Assembly (NCBI GenBank): GCA_024711145.1
Contig: JANJTJ010000001.1
Span: 1 to 60,158 of the forward strand
Reading direction: 5' to 3'
Length of the DNA: 60,158 nucleotides
From: Balneolales bacterium
GTDB lineage: Bacteria > Bacteroidota > Rhodothermia > Balneolales > HLUCCA01
Positions 51,186-60,158 of the stretch are shown piece after piece. Below the pieces are notes generated by a model. It was given only the letters and a program-made list of their open reading frames with translations, was not told where the DNA came from and ran no database searches. A program made the translations under genes and the position numbers. Position 1 is the first letter of the stretch. Each line of letters begins with the position of its first letter.

Positions 51186-52580
51186 TCAGCCCTGTTTGAA
51201 CAACCGGTCGTAGAGCCGGTACCGGTATTCCGGATAGGATTCCTTCAAGCGCCTGGTGGTCCCCCACCAGGCGCTTGTCGTTAGGAGCACCAGGATCGGC
51301 CCGGGAACCCCCGCTTTCCATAGGCCGGCCAACAGTACGATCACCAGCATGCCGACCACTGTGACCCGCGTGGAGGTGTTGTTCTGGAAGCTGGTGAGGC
51401 TCTCGATGCTCAGGAAATGGGTGATGCGCCGGGGCTTCCAGAGCGATCCCCACAGCGCTACCGGCACCAATCCGAGGGCTACGGCCGCATACAGCCACAG
51501 GTAGTTCCACTCCAACACGCCGATGGCCTGCAAGGCCACCGCGGTGCAGAGCAGGTCGTAACCGAGCACGGGCCAGAGCACCCCGTAAAACGCCTTGCCC
51601 ACGCGGCCGGCGTTCCCGTGCGCCTGGTCGTGTGCCAGCCAGGTCTCCCGGTAGAAACCGGCCAGGTTGTTCTGGATGTAGGTGAACGGCGCTACCGGCA
51701 GAAACATGAGCATGGCGTAGTACTCGGTCCACCAGGCCATGGTATGCCATTGCCCCCCGTTCACCAGATAGGCATACAGCACGCCCACGAACTTGAGCAG
51801 GGGCAGGATGAGCAACAACGGGCGGATGCTGGCCCGGCGCAGGTAGATGCGCAATTCCTCGGGCAGGCGCCGGTCCCATCGCATGCGGTCGGGACGCACG
51901 CCGCGCCGGTCTTTGGTATGGGTGACGGCACCATCCAACCGGAGATATACCCAGACGGCCGCCCCGGCCCAAACCGCCGCCAAGCCGAGGCGGCGCCATT
52001 CATCCCACCATCCCATATAGCCCATGGCCGCGTATGCGATGAGGCCGACCGGTACCAGGCTCCATACCATCAGGTTCCCGACCCGATGCCGGATCTCCTG
52101 CTCGATGAAGATCTTGCCGGCCCGTTCGCCTACCAATGCCCCCGCGAACAACACCAGCGTGGTGAGGCAGGCCACCCATCCGAACAACAGGCTGCCCGCT
52201 TTCACCGCGAACAGGAATACCAGGGCGTACAGGTAATACAGGTGGATGAAATCGTGCGCGGCGTTGGCCGCCAACCGCACCGCTCGCGATATGGGATAGG
52301 TGTCGCGGATGAACCGGCCCGACGGCCGGTACCCGGGAAAATAGTTGACGAACACCACCATGCTGAGCACCAACAACTGCAGCAGGATGTCGGCCTGGGC
52401 TATGCTCACCTGCACCCGGTCGCTGGTGACCATGCGGTCGAACAGGTACCCGTAGTAGTACCCGTAAGCCGCCGAAAACACCACGGCACCCAGGCGCAGC
52501 ACGTTGAGCCAGCGGACCTCGCTGGCCAGGAACATGGCCCGCAGTTTCACGCGCACCAGAAAGGCTACCGTTTCAACCAT
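51186..52580 (-). CDS. Polytopic membrane protein, probable ABC permease
   Basis: Many TM helices; overlaps the end of the ABC ATPase gene. Confidence 0.7.
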   Translation of the reverse strand: MVETVAFLVRVKLRAMFLASEVRWLNVLRLGAVVFSAAYGYYYGYLFDRMVTSDRVQVSIAQADILLQLLVLSMVVFVNYFPGYRPSGRFIRDTYPISRAVRLAANAAHDFIHLYYLYALVFLFAVKAGSLLFGWVACLTTLVLFAGALVGERAGKIFIEQEIRHRVGNLMVWSLVPVGLIAYAAMGYMGWWDEWRRLGLAAVWAGAAVWVYLRLDGAVTHTKDRRGVRPDRMRWDRRLPEELRIYLRRASIRPLLLILPLLKFVGVLYAYLVNGGQWHTMAWWTEYYAMLMFLPVAPFTYIQNNLAGFYRETWLAHDQAHGNAGRVGKAFYGVLWPVLGYDLLCTAVALQAIGVLEWNYLWLYAAVALGLVPVALWGSLWKPRRITHFLSIESLTSFQNNTSTRVTVVGMLVIVLLAGLWKAGVPGPILVLLTTSAWWGTTRRLKESYPEYRYRLYDRLFKQG

Positions 52581-53320
52581 GCCAGTCCGGTGTCGTCTTT
52601 GGGTCTGTCGTTGAGCAGGTCGAACAGGGTTCGGTCCAACAACCCTTCGCCGCGTTCTTTGAATGCGGCCAGGCTGCCGTCGTACACCATGCGCCGTTCG
52701 TGCAGCACCCAGACGTGGTTGGCCAATTGCTCCACATAGTTGAGGTTGTGCGAACTGACCAGGATGCCCCGCTCCGGATGCATCCACCGCAACAGAAACC
52801 GGATGAGGGTCTGGCTGGCGGCCGGGTCGAGCCCCGAAAAGGGCTCATCGAGTATGAGGAGGTCCGGGTTGTGCAGCAGCGCGATGATGATGCCCATTTT
52901 TTTGCGCATGCCCACCGAAAACGACCCGCAACTCTGCAGCAACACCCGGGCATCGTCGAAGAAGTAGTCGAACAGGGTGCGGATGCGCAAGTGCCGCTCC
53001 GCTTTCGGGATGCCGTACAGCCGGCAGGAGAATTCGAGCTGTTCTTCGGCGGTCAGTTCGTCATGCAGCAGGTCCTCCTCGGGCATCACCCCGATGCGGC
53101 GGCGGATGGCCTGGGTCTCTTTCGGGTACCGCATGCCCATCATCTCCACAAACCCGGCATCGGCCGGTACCAGGTCCAGCAGGATGTGGATGAGGGTGGA
53201 TTTCCCCGCTCCGTTGTTGCCCAACAACCCGACCACCGTGCCCGGTTTCAGGTCGAGGTCCAGCCCGTCCAATACCTGGTTGGTTCCGAACGCCTTCCGG
53301 ATGCCCTCGGTTCGCAGCAA
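52565..53320 (-). CDS. ABC transporter ATP-binding protein
   Basis: GNNGAGKST, FSVGM, LILDEP, SSH. TTG start after GGAGGGG. Confidence 0.9.
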   Translation of the reverse strand: MLRTEGIRKAFGTNQVLDGLDLDLKPGTVVGLLGNNGAGKSTLIHILLDLVPADAGFVEMMGMRYPKETQAIRRRIGVMPEEDLLHDELTAEEQLEFSCRLYGIPKAERHLRIRTLFDYFFDDARVLLQSCGSFSVGMRKKMGIIIALLHNPDLLILDEPFSGLDPAASQTLIRFLLRWMHPERGILVSSHNLNYVEQLANHVWVLHERRMVYDGSLAAFKERGEGLLDRTLFDLLNDRPKDDTGLAWLKR

Positions 53321-53347
53321 ATGCCCCTCCGTATATTCAAGGTTACC

Positions 53348-53845
53348 ATGACCAAACGCTACCAGGACACCCTCCCCGTTCCCACCGCCCACAACGAAAA
53401 AACCGTTGCGATGTCGAGGGTCCGCATGAATGAACTCGTGATGCCCAACGATACGAACCCCTTGGGCAACCTCATGGGCGGGCGTTTGTTGCATTGGATG
53501 GACGTATGTTCGGCCATTGCCGCCCAACGCCACAGCAACCGCAGCGTGGTTACGGTGTCGGTAGACAGCGTGGAGTTCAAACACGCCATCAAACTGGGCG
53601 AAGTGGTGGTGATCGAGGGCGAGGTGACCCGCGCGTTCCGCACGTCGATGGAAGTGGCCATGGAGGTGTGGGCCGAAAACCTGCGCACCGGGTCGCGGCG
53701 GCTGTGCACCACCTCGTTCTACACGTTCGTGGCGGTCGATTCGGACGGCAATCCCATACCGGTGCCCCCCATCATCACCGAAACGGAGCTGGAAAAGACC
53801 CGCTACGAGGAAGCCGCCAAACGCCGCGCCGCCCGCCTGGGCTGA
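53348..53845 (+). CDS. Acyl-CoA thioesterase (hotdog fold)
   Basis: VMPNDTNPLGNLMGG.LL.WMD, VTVSVD, TSMEV, FVAVD. Confidence 0.92.
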   Translation: MTKRYQDTLPVPTAHNEKTVAMSRVRMNELVMPNDTNPLGNLMGGRLLHWMDVCSAIAAQRHSNRSVVTVSVDSVEFKHAIKLGEVVVIEGEVTRAFRTSMEVAMEVWAENLRTGSRRLCTTSFYTFVAVDSDGNPIPVPPIITETELEKTRYEEAAKRRAARLG

Positions 53846-56725
53846 TCAGCGCAGCAGGGTCACGTTCCGGTAACGAACCAGGTCGCCCGCCGACAGGCGC
53901 AGCCGGTACACACCGCTGGCCAGGCCTCGGGCATCGAACGGAATCTCGTGTTCGCCGGCACTGTAGAACCGGTCTGCCAGCACGCCCACGCGCCGCCCGA
54001 GCACGTCGTACACCTCCACCCGCACGGTTCCGTTGGTCGGCACGAAGAACCGGACGGTGGTTTCCGGGTTGAAGGGGTTCGGATAGGGCGCGTACAGGGT
54101 GGCCACCGTCGGGCGCGGCCCCGGCTCCTCGCCGGGTATGGTGAGCGGACTCACCGCCACTACACCCGCCGCTCGGGCGGCCGCCACTTGGGCGCGGAGG
54201 ATCTCCAGCGTTTCCCCGAAGGCCAATACGAACCCGGTGGTGAGGCTGTCTCCGTCGTTCAGCCGATATGGCCCCGTAGCGCTGAGCACGGCCACATCCA
54301 CTTGCTGGACCTGGGTGAACGCCCGGCCCACGGACACGGCGCCGCGCTTTTCGACCGGGGTGAAGCCGTCGTCGGTGGGGCTGCCCGCCGAGTAGTAGGT
54401 TCCGAAGCGCGACTCGGTTACCGGCCCGTCGTAGGCGTTGTCGATGGCCAGGGCCGCGCTGATCGGCCCCAGATGCGCCAGGGCCACATAGGGATAATCG
54501 GCAAGGCCGGCGGGATCATACACGTACTGCAGGCTGTCCGCTTCCACCCATCCCACATTGTTGGCGGTGTAATCGCCGATATCCCAATCCAGGAAAAGTC
54601 CCAGGTACAGGTCTTCGATGTCGGCGCCGTTGGGATCGGTATTCTTCACCTGGTATTTCAGGAAAACGGTGCGGTTGAGGGATTCCGAATCGAACGCGAA
54701 CACCTCGTGGCGGATTTCCAGATCGGGCGCCACCGGTAGACCCGAATTGGTGAAGAGGGTGGAGCCATCCAGATCGGCCACGATGCCGGGTCGGCGGGTG
54801 GTGAACCCACGGGACGGGCGGAAGTGGCGGTCGAAGCCGGACGTGGCCCTCATGGTATTGATGACATGGATGCTGCCGTCGGCGGTGCGGGCGGTGATGA
54901 GCAGGCCGCCTTCATACAACATGTTTTCGGAGGCGGTGGTATCGGTGCCCGAAACCCGCAAGGTGCTGAACCCGATGCCGTTGGCGCCGTTGGTGGCGTC
55001 TTCGAAGCCTACGGTACCGTTGGCGCCCACCGAGGTGCGTATGCGGTTGGCGTCGATGCGGTCGTAGGTGAAGTTTTCGTAGCGCACGTTGTCGAAATCG
55101 CGGTACCCCAGGCCGCTGTCTTCCCACTCCACACGCACGAGGGGTATGCGGGCGAAATTGTAACTGCCCGCAATGCGGATGGGAATCTCCACTACGGCGG
55201 TACCCTCGTTGCCGGTGGCCGGCAAGGGGGCCGTAGCCCCGGCCGGAAAAGTGATACCCGCTTCCAAGGCCGTAAACGATACGGACATGGCTCCGGAGGC
55301 CACCCCCCGGTTCACGAATTCGAGCCGGAGCACACCCGTCTCCTCCACATCCAGCTTGCGGCCCGAGGCGCTCAGGAACGAAGTGGTCACGATTTCCCAA
55401 CCGGGCAGGGGCACGGCGACAGCCCGGTAGGCGTCCACATACCCGTTACCCAGCTTGTAGGCATACAGGGGGTTGGTGTTGGCGGCGTACAGGTCGGTCC
55501 GGTTGGCGCTGGCACGGATCTGCAGGCGCACCCGGTTCGGGCTCCAATCGGGGTGTGCGGCACGTACCAACGCCGCAATGCCGGCCACCAGGGGGCTGGC
55601 CATGGAAGTGCCCGAATTCTGGACGTAACTGCCGGTTCCGATGGCGCCGAGCACGTCCTGCCCCCGGCTCATCACATCCACGGAGTAGCCGAAATTGGAG
55701 AAATTGGACCGCAGTTTGTCCTGGCGGATGGAGCCCACGTTCAACACTTCGGGGTAACTGCCCGGGTAGAAGGACCCCTCGCTGTTGTCGTTGCCGGCTG
55801 CGGCCACCACCAGGGAGCCGTTGGCCGTGGCGAATTTGACCACGTCGTGCCCGAATTGGGAATACCCGGGCCCACCAAAGCTGCAGTTGATCACATCGGC
55901 ACCGTTCAGGGTGGCGTACAGGATGCCGGGGTACCCGTAGCCGATGGCGGTGGGGTCGGCCATGGTGCCACCCACCCGCACCACCATGTACCGGCTGTCG
56001 AACCCGGTGCCGGCCAATCCGGTGGTGTTGTCGGTTTCGGCGGCGGCTATGCTGCCCACATGGGTGCCGTGCGTGCTGCCGTTCGGCCGCGGATCGGCGT
56101 TCTGCTCCGGGGTGTTGATGTCGCCGCTGTTCCAGAAATTCCAACCGATGGTATCGTTCTGGATGTGGGAGAACAGCTCGGACATCGACGCCGCCAGCCC
56201 GGGTGAAGGGTTGCGCCACAGGTTGCCGTCCAGATCCGGATGCCGGTATTCGGTGCCCGAATCCACGATGGCGATCACCACATCGGGGTTGGAGGTGCTC
56301 ACATCCCAGGCTTCGAACAACCGGTGCAGGCCGAAGAAGTCGTGCCCCGGCCGGCCGATGAGCGAATCGTTGGGTACCCGCGCCGTTCGCATCATATACA
56401 CGGGTTCGGCATAGGCCACGCCCGGCATGTTGGCGATCTTGGACGCCACGAAGGCCGGATCCAACCCCGAAACGTACCGCACCTGGTAGGTCCGCTCCAG
56501 GTCGTCGGGCAAGGCCCCACCCCCGGCTTTGCGGAATCCCGGGGTCATCACCGGTATCATTTCGGTCATGCCGAACACCCGCAACTGGTCGGCCACGGGA
56601 TCCACCGCCTTGGCCCGCCCGGCCGGTTCGTGGAATTTGACCATGATGCGGCCGGGAACGACCTCCTGGGCCGTGAGTGTGGGGGCTGCCGAAAGCAAGC
56701 CGAGCAGAAGAATGAGGTAGCGCAT
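53846..56725 (-). CDS. S8 serine peptidase with T9SS C-terminal domain
   Basis: Signal peptide LTA-Q; IVDSG / HGTHVGS / GTSMASP; C-terminal YPNPFNP...LASGVY. Confidence 0.92.
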   Translation of the reverse strand: MRYLILLLGLLSAAPTLTAQEVVPGRIMVKFHEPAGRAKAVDPVADQLRVFGMTEMIPVMTPGFRKAGGGALPDDLERTYQVRYVSGLDPAFVASKIANMPGVAYAEPVYMMRTARVPNDSLIGRPGHDFFGLHRLFEAWDVSTSNPDVVIAIVDSGTEYRHPDLDGNLWRNPSPGLAASMSELFSHIQNDTIGWNFWNSGDINTPEQNADPRPNGSTHGTHVGSIAAAETDNTTGLAGTGFDSRYMVVRVGGTMADPTAIGYGYPGILYATLNGADVINCSFGGPGYSQFGHDVVKFATANGSLVVAAAGNDNSEGSFYPGSYPEVLNVGSIRQDKLRSNFSNFGYSVDVMSRGQDVLGAIGTGSYVQNSGTSMASPLVAGIAALVRAAHPDWSPNRVRLQIRASANRTDLYAANTNPLYAYKLGNGYVDAYRAVAVPLPGWEIVTTSFLSASGRKLDVEETGVLRLEFVNRGVASGAMSVSFTALEAGITFPAGATAPLPATGNEGTAVVEIPIRIAGSYNFARIPLVRVEWEDSGLGYRDFDNVRYENFTYDRIDANRIRTSVGANGTVGFEDATNGANGIGFSTLRVSGTDTTASENMLYEGGLLITARTADGSIHVINTMRATSGFDRHFRPSRGFTTRRPGIVADLDGSTLFTNSGLPVAPDLEIRHEVFAFDSESLNRTVFLKYQVKNTDPNGADIEDLYLGLFLDWDIGDYTANNVGWVEADSLQYVYDPAGLADYPYVALAHLGPISAALAIDNAYDGPVTESRFGTYYSAGSPTDDGFTPVEKRGAVSVGRAFTQVQQVDVAVLSATGPYRLNDGDSLTTGFVLAFGETLEILRAQVAAARAAGVVAVSPLTIPGEEPGPRPTVATLYAPYPNPFNPETTVRFFVPTNGTVRVEVYDVLGRRVGVLADRFYSAGEHEIPFDARGLASGVYRLRLSAGDLVRYRNVTLLR

Positions 56726-56778
56726 GACGGATGGCAAAGTACGAAGCCGGTATATTAGCCCCGAACATTCCCACACGC

Positions 56779-58356
56779 ATGGACTCACCGCCGGAATCCC
56801 AACCCCGCGTGCGCCGGATCGCCGCCATCGATCTGGGTACCAACTCCTTTCATGCGCTGATTGTGGACATCCGCCCCGATGCCACCTATTCCATCGTGGA
56901 TTCGATCAAGGAGATGGTGTTTCTGGGCGAGGACGGCCTGGGTGGGTTCCTGTCCGAAGCGGCCTTCACCCGCGGGTTGGAAGCGCTGGCCAACATCCAG
57001 ACGCTCTGCACCAGCTACAAGGTGGAACATGTGCTGGCTTATGCCACCTCCGCCATCCGCGAAGCATCCAACGGCGGCGATTTCATCCAACGGGCCATCG
57101 ATGAGGTCGGCATCAAGATCATGGCCATTCCGGGCGTCACCGAGGCGGAGCTGATCGGTACCGCCGTGCAGCATGGCATGCACCTGGGCACGGCGCCGGT
57201 GCTCATCATGGACATCGGCGGCGGGAGCACGGAATTCATCCTGGCCAACCAACGCGATTTCCTGCACCTGGAAAGCCAGAAGATCGGCGTTTCGCGCATG
57301 CGGAAGGAGTTCATCACCTCCGATCCGCCGTCGAAAGCCGACATCAAACACCTGCAATCCCATTATCTGTCCCGTCTGAAAGGGTTGGTGGAAGCGGCCG
57401 AATCGTTCCGCCTGGAGACCCTGGTGGGCTGTTCGGGCACCTTGCAGACCATCGCCGTGATGATGGCCCACCTCACACGGACCGATGTATCGGTAACACT
57501 CAACGAATTCGAATACACCGCCGACGCCTACCGCCTGTTCCACAAACGGGTGATGGGCATGACCTCCGCCCAACGGGCCAAACTACCCGGTATGGACCCC
57601 AAACGGGTGGACCTCATCGTTCCGGGCATGGTCCTGCTCGACACCGTGCTCACCCTGTTCCGCATCCAACGGGTACGCACGTCGGTGCAGGCCATGCGGG
57701 AAGGCATCATCCTCCGGTACATCCGTCGCGAATACAAAGAGCTTCGGCGGATGGCCGAGATCGCCGACCCGCGCCGCCGCAGCATCTTCGAACTGTTGCG
57801 CAAATGCAACTGGCACGAGGACCATTCGACCCACGTGGCCCGGTTGGCCTTGCAGCTTTTCGACGACCTCAAGCCCTGGCACAACCTGACCCCCGAAGAC
57901 CGGGAACTGCTCGAATACGCCGCCCTCACGCACGACATCGGCTACCACATCTCCCATCACAAACATCATAAACATGCCCTGTACCTCATCCTGAACGCGG
58001 ATCTCAAGGGGTTCACGCAGGAAGAGATCGAGATCATCGGGCATGTGGCCCGGTACCACCGCCGCAGTGCCCCGAAACACAGCCACAAGCAGTTCGAGCT
58101 GCTTTCGCCCGAGCAGAAACGCCGGGTGAAGGCGCTTTCCGGCCTGTTGCGCGTAGCAGACGGGTTGGACCGCAGCCACTTCCAGAACGTGCAGGCCGTG
58201 GATGTGGTGGTCACCCAAAAGCAGGTGACCCTGCAAGTGCGCACCATGATCGACCCCCAACTGGAAATCTGGGGTGCCATGCGCAAACGGGAGCTGTTCG
58301 AAAAACTGTTCGATCGGGAATTGGCAATCGAACGGGTGGAATCCTTCGACGAGTGA
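56779..58356 (+). CDS. ppx: Ppx/GppA exopolyphosphatase with HD domain
   Basis: AAIDLGTNSFH, ATSAIREA.N, DIGGGSTE, REG, HDIG, RVADGLD. Confidence 0.93.
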   Translation: MDSPPESQPRVRRIAAIDLGTNSFHALIVDIRPDATYSIVDSIKEMVFLGEDGLGGFLSEAAFTRGLEALANIQTLCTSYKVEHVLAYATSAIREASNGGDFIQRAIDEVGIKIMAIPGVTEAELIGTAVQHGMHLGTAPVLIMDIGGGSTEFILANQRDFLHLESQKIGVSRMRKEFITSDPPSKADIKHLQSHYLSRLKGLVEAAESFRLETLVGCSGTLQTIAVMMAHLTRTDVSVTLNEFEYTADAYRLFHKRVMGMTSAQRAKLPGMDPKRVDLIVPGMVLLDTVLTLFRIQRVRTSVQAMREGIILRYIRREYKELRRMAEIADPRRRSIFELLRKCNWHEDHSTHVARLALQLFDDLKPWHNLTPEDRELLEYAALTHDIGYHISHHKHHKHALYLILNADLKGFTQEEIEIIGHVARYHRRSAPKHSHKQFELLSPEQKRRVKALSGLLRVADGLDRSHFQNVQAVDVVVTQKQVTLQVRTMIDPQLEIWGAMRKRELFEKLFDRELAIERVESFDE

Positions 58357-58391
58357 CACGACCTGTCACTCCGCATGCCTAGTTTCCCGGC

Positions 58392-60158
58392 ATGCCCATC
58401 CGCCTCCGTACCGCACCCGCCAGTGGCCCCTTGGCCGCCATCCTGACGGCAGAAGCCGCCCCTACCGACCTCGTTCTGGTGGGTTCCCAGCTCATGGAGC
58501 GCGAAACCCGCCGCGCCTTGCAGGCGGCCTTGCGGGGGCCCGCGCCGGATGTGCGCACCTTGGCGGCCTGGTTGGACGAGCAGGCCTGGCTGCAGGCCGA
58601 CGACACCTTTCCAGCCGTGGTGGTGGCTCCCCGGGAGCGGCCGTTGCTCATCGAGGAATGGATACGGACCGAGGGTGCCGCCTGGGAGGCCACCTGGGGG
58701 CATCCCGACATGGTGCGTGCCCTGAGCGACCTGCTGGCCCTGGCAGCCCGTGCGGGGGTGTCTGTCGCCGACCTGGATACCGCGGCCGAACCGGTGCGCG
58801 TACTGCGCGATTTCGACCGGTGGTTCCGTGGCCGGGGGTTCCGCTGGCGCGAATCCCTGCCGGGCCAACCCTTCACGCCCGATCCGGCCTGGCATGCCTG
58901 GCCCACGGTGTGGATCCATCAGATCGACCATCTGTTCCCCACGCAATGGGCGGCCATGGACCGCCTGGTGCGTTTCTGGGAATCGGTCGGCACCCGTGTC
59001 GAAATCCTGTTATGCGACACGGGGCTGCCCTATGTGCGCCGCACGGTGGCGCGTTGGGGGCTGCCCGCCGAACCCGTGGCTGGCACGGCGGCCGTTCCGG
59101 AACCCGTATTTCTGAAGGCGTCGAACCCCGTTGCCGAGGTGGAAGCCGTCTTCACGGCCGTTCTGGATGCCATGCAGGCCGATTCGAACCTGCGTCTGAC
59201 CGATTTCCGCGTGCTGGTGGGAGACCTTTCCACCTACCGGGCCGACATGGAAACCGTGGCCCGGGAATGGGACATACCCATCCGCATCACCCAGGGGGCG
59301 CCGTTCCGGTCGCATCCGGTTGCCGCCCGCTGGCTGCGGTTGTTCGCCTGGCGGCCACGGGGCTTCCGCATGGACGAGGCCTACGCCATCTTCGCCGACC
59401 GTACGCTCAAACCGCCCGGCGAGTCGCCCGACATGCGCGCCCTGCTCCGTGTGGCCCGCGAAATCAACGAACCGCTGATGGGCCGTTTCCGCCCCGATGG
59501 GAAGCGGGAGCAAGACCTGGCCTACCAGGAAGCCCATTTCCAGCGGTTGGTGGCCATCCGGGACCTGTTACCGCCCTCCACCGACGCGCCCATTGCCGAA
59601 TGGTGCCGACGCACAGCCGCCTGGATGGGCCGGTTCGACCTGCGGGCCAACGAGGAAGTACGAACCATCACCCGGCGTTTGGAAGACATCCTGAGGGGGT
59701 TGGGCGATACCTACACCCGGTTGGGCCTGGACCGCAGCGTGGACGAAACCACTTGGTTGCGCACCTTGGATGTGTGGTTGGCCGGATTTTCGCAACGTCC
59801 CGACGACCGGCCGGACGCCCTGTTGGTGACCGAAATCCACCATTTGCCCGATACCCACGGCAAAACCGTGTTCGCCATCGGCATGGCGGAGGGCCTGTAT
59901 CCCAGGTTCCATGAGAATCCGGTATTGAAGCGGTTCGGGTCGGGCTGGCGCAAGCCCCTGGATGCGGCCGAGCCGGACCCCTTGGAGGAAGCGCGGCACC
60001 ACCTGGCCCGGCTGGCCGCATCGGCGGAGGCGTGGCGGCTGAGCCGGCCGGCCCGGACCGGGAGCGGCGAGCGGGCGCCGGGGCTGTTGTGGACCGAATA
60101 CGCCGCTCCCTATGCGGAATCGGGCCTGCCGGCTTGGCCGCCGCGCCCGTCCGGTGGC
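58392..60158 (+). CDS. AddB/RexB-like protein (helicase-like N region; nuclease domain expected beyond the window), partial
   Basis: Partly hand-translated from ATG 58392 with the frame rechecked near 59820; absent from the ORF track, consistent with no stop before the window end. Contains ASNPVAEVEAV, DFRVLVGDLSTY...WDIPI...G.PFRSHP and VFAIGMAEGLYP. Confidence 0.65.
   Translation, partial: MPIRLRTAPASGPLAAILTAEAAPTDLVLVGSQLMERETRRALQAALRGPAPDVRTLAAWLDEQAWLQADDTFPAVVVAPRERPLLIEEWIRTEGAAWEATWGHPDMVRALSDLLALAARAGVSVADLDTAAEPVRVLRDFDRWFRGRGFRWRESLPGQPFTPDPAWHAWPTVWIHQIDHLFPTQWAAMDRLVRFWESVGTRVEILLCDTGLPYVRRTVARWGLPAEPVAGTAAVPEPVFLKASNPVAEVEAVFTAVLDAMQADSNLRLTDFRVLVGDLSTYRADMETVAREWDIPIRITQGAPFRSHPVAARWLRLFAWRPRGFRMDEAYAIFADRTLKPPGESPDMRALLRVAREINEPLMGRFRPDGKREQDLAYQEAHFQRLVAIRDLLPPSTDAPIAEWCRRTAAWMGRFDLRANEEVRTITRRLEDILRGLGDTYTRLGLDRSVDETTWLRTLDVWLAGFSQRPDDRPDALLVTEIHHLPDTHGKTVFAIGMAEGLYPRFHENPVLKRFGSGWRKPLDAAEPDPLEEARHHLARLAASAEAWRLSRPARTGSGERAPGLLWTEYAAPYAESGLPAWPPRPSGG

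Noticed and set aside
58274-59914. 546-aa listed ORF downstream of ppx
   Set aside because: Low-complexity shadow frame; the frame starting at 58392 has protein-like composition and recognisable motifs.

Overview
A GC-rich bacterial chromosome segment. It probably comes from the Rhodothermota/Balneolota side of the FCB group; this is inferred from T9SS C-terminal domains, a SusC/SusD pair and TAnnTT(TG) promoters. Most of it is housekeeping: uvrB, tyrA, metH, manC, a PhoB/PhoR-like pair, ruvAC, fabI, ffh-rpsP-rimM-trmD-rplS, dnaX-recR, malic enzyme, tRNA-Pro(GGG), tamAB-ggt, ndh, susCD, ppx, and an AddB-like ORF that runs off the right end and is missing from the supplied ORF track. The most striking feature is the first ~2.27 kb. 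This AT-rich block (VOC gene plus a divergent HxlR/NAD(P)H oxidoreductase pair with its own operator, promoter and terminator) is bracketed by two related hairpin elements (14-144 and 2174-2268). The elements have TAAC...GTTA ends and a compensatory base change, and base composition switches to host-like at the second GTT. This looks like the end of an integron-like gene-cassette array with non-canonical attC-like sites; no integrase is visible in the window. Other notable signals are a TAnnTT hexamer exactly 6 nt before the start codon in seven genes (a leaderless-mRNA signature), a PIN/RHH toxin-antitoxin pair placed directly ahead of uvrB, and a DnaX lacking its Cys4 zinc module. All calls come from reading motifs by eye; no database searches were run.
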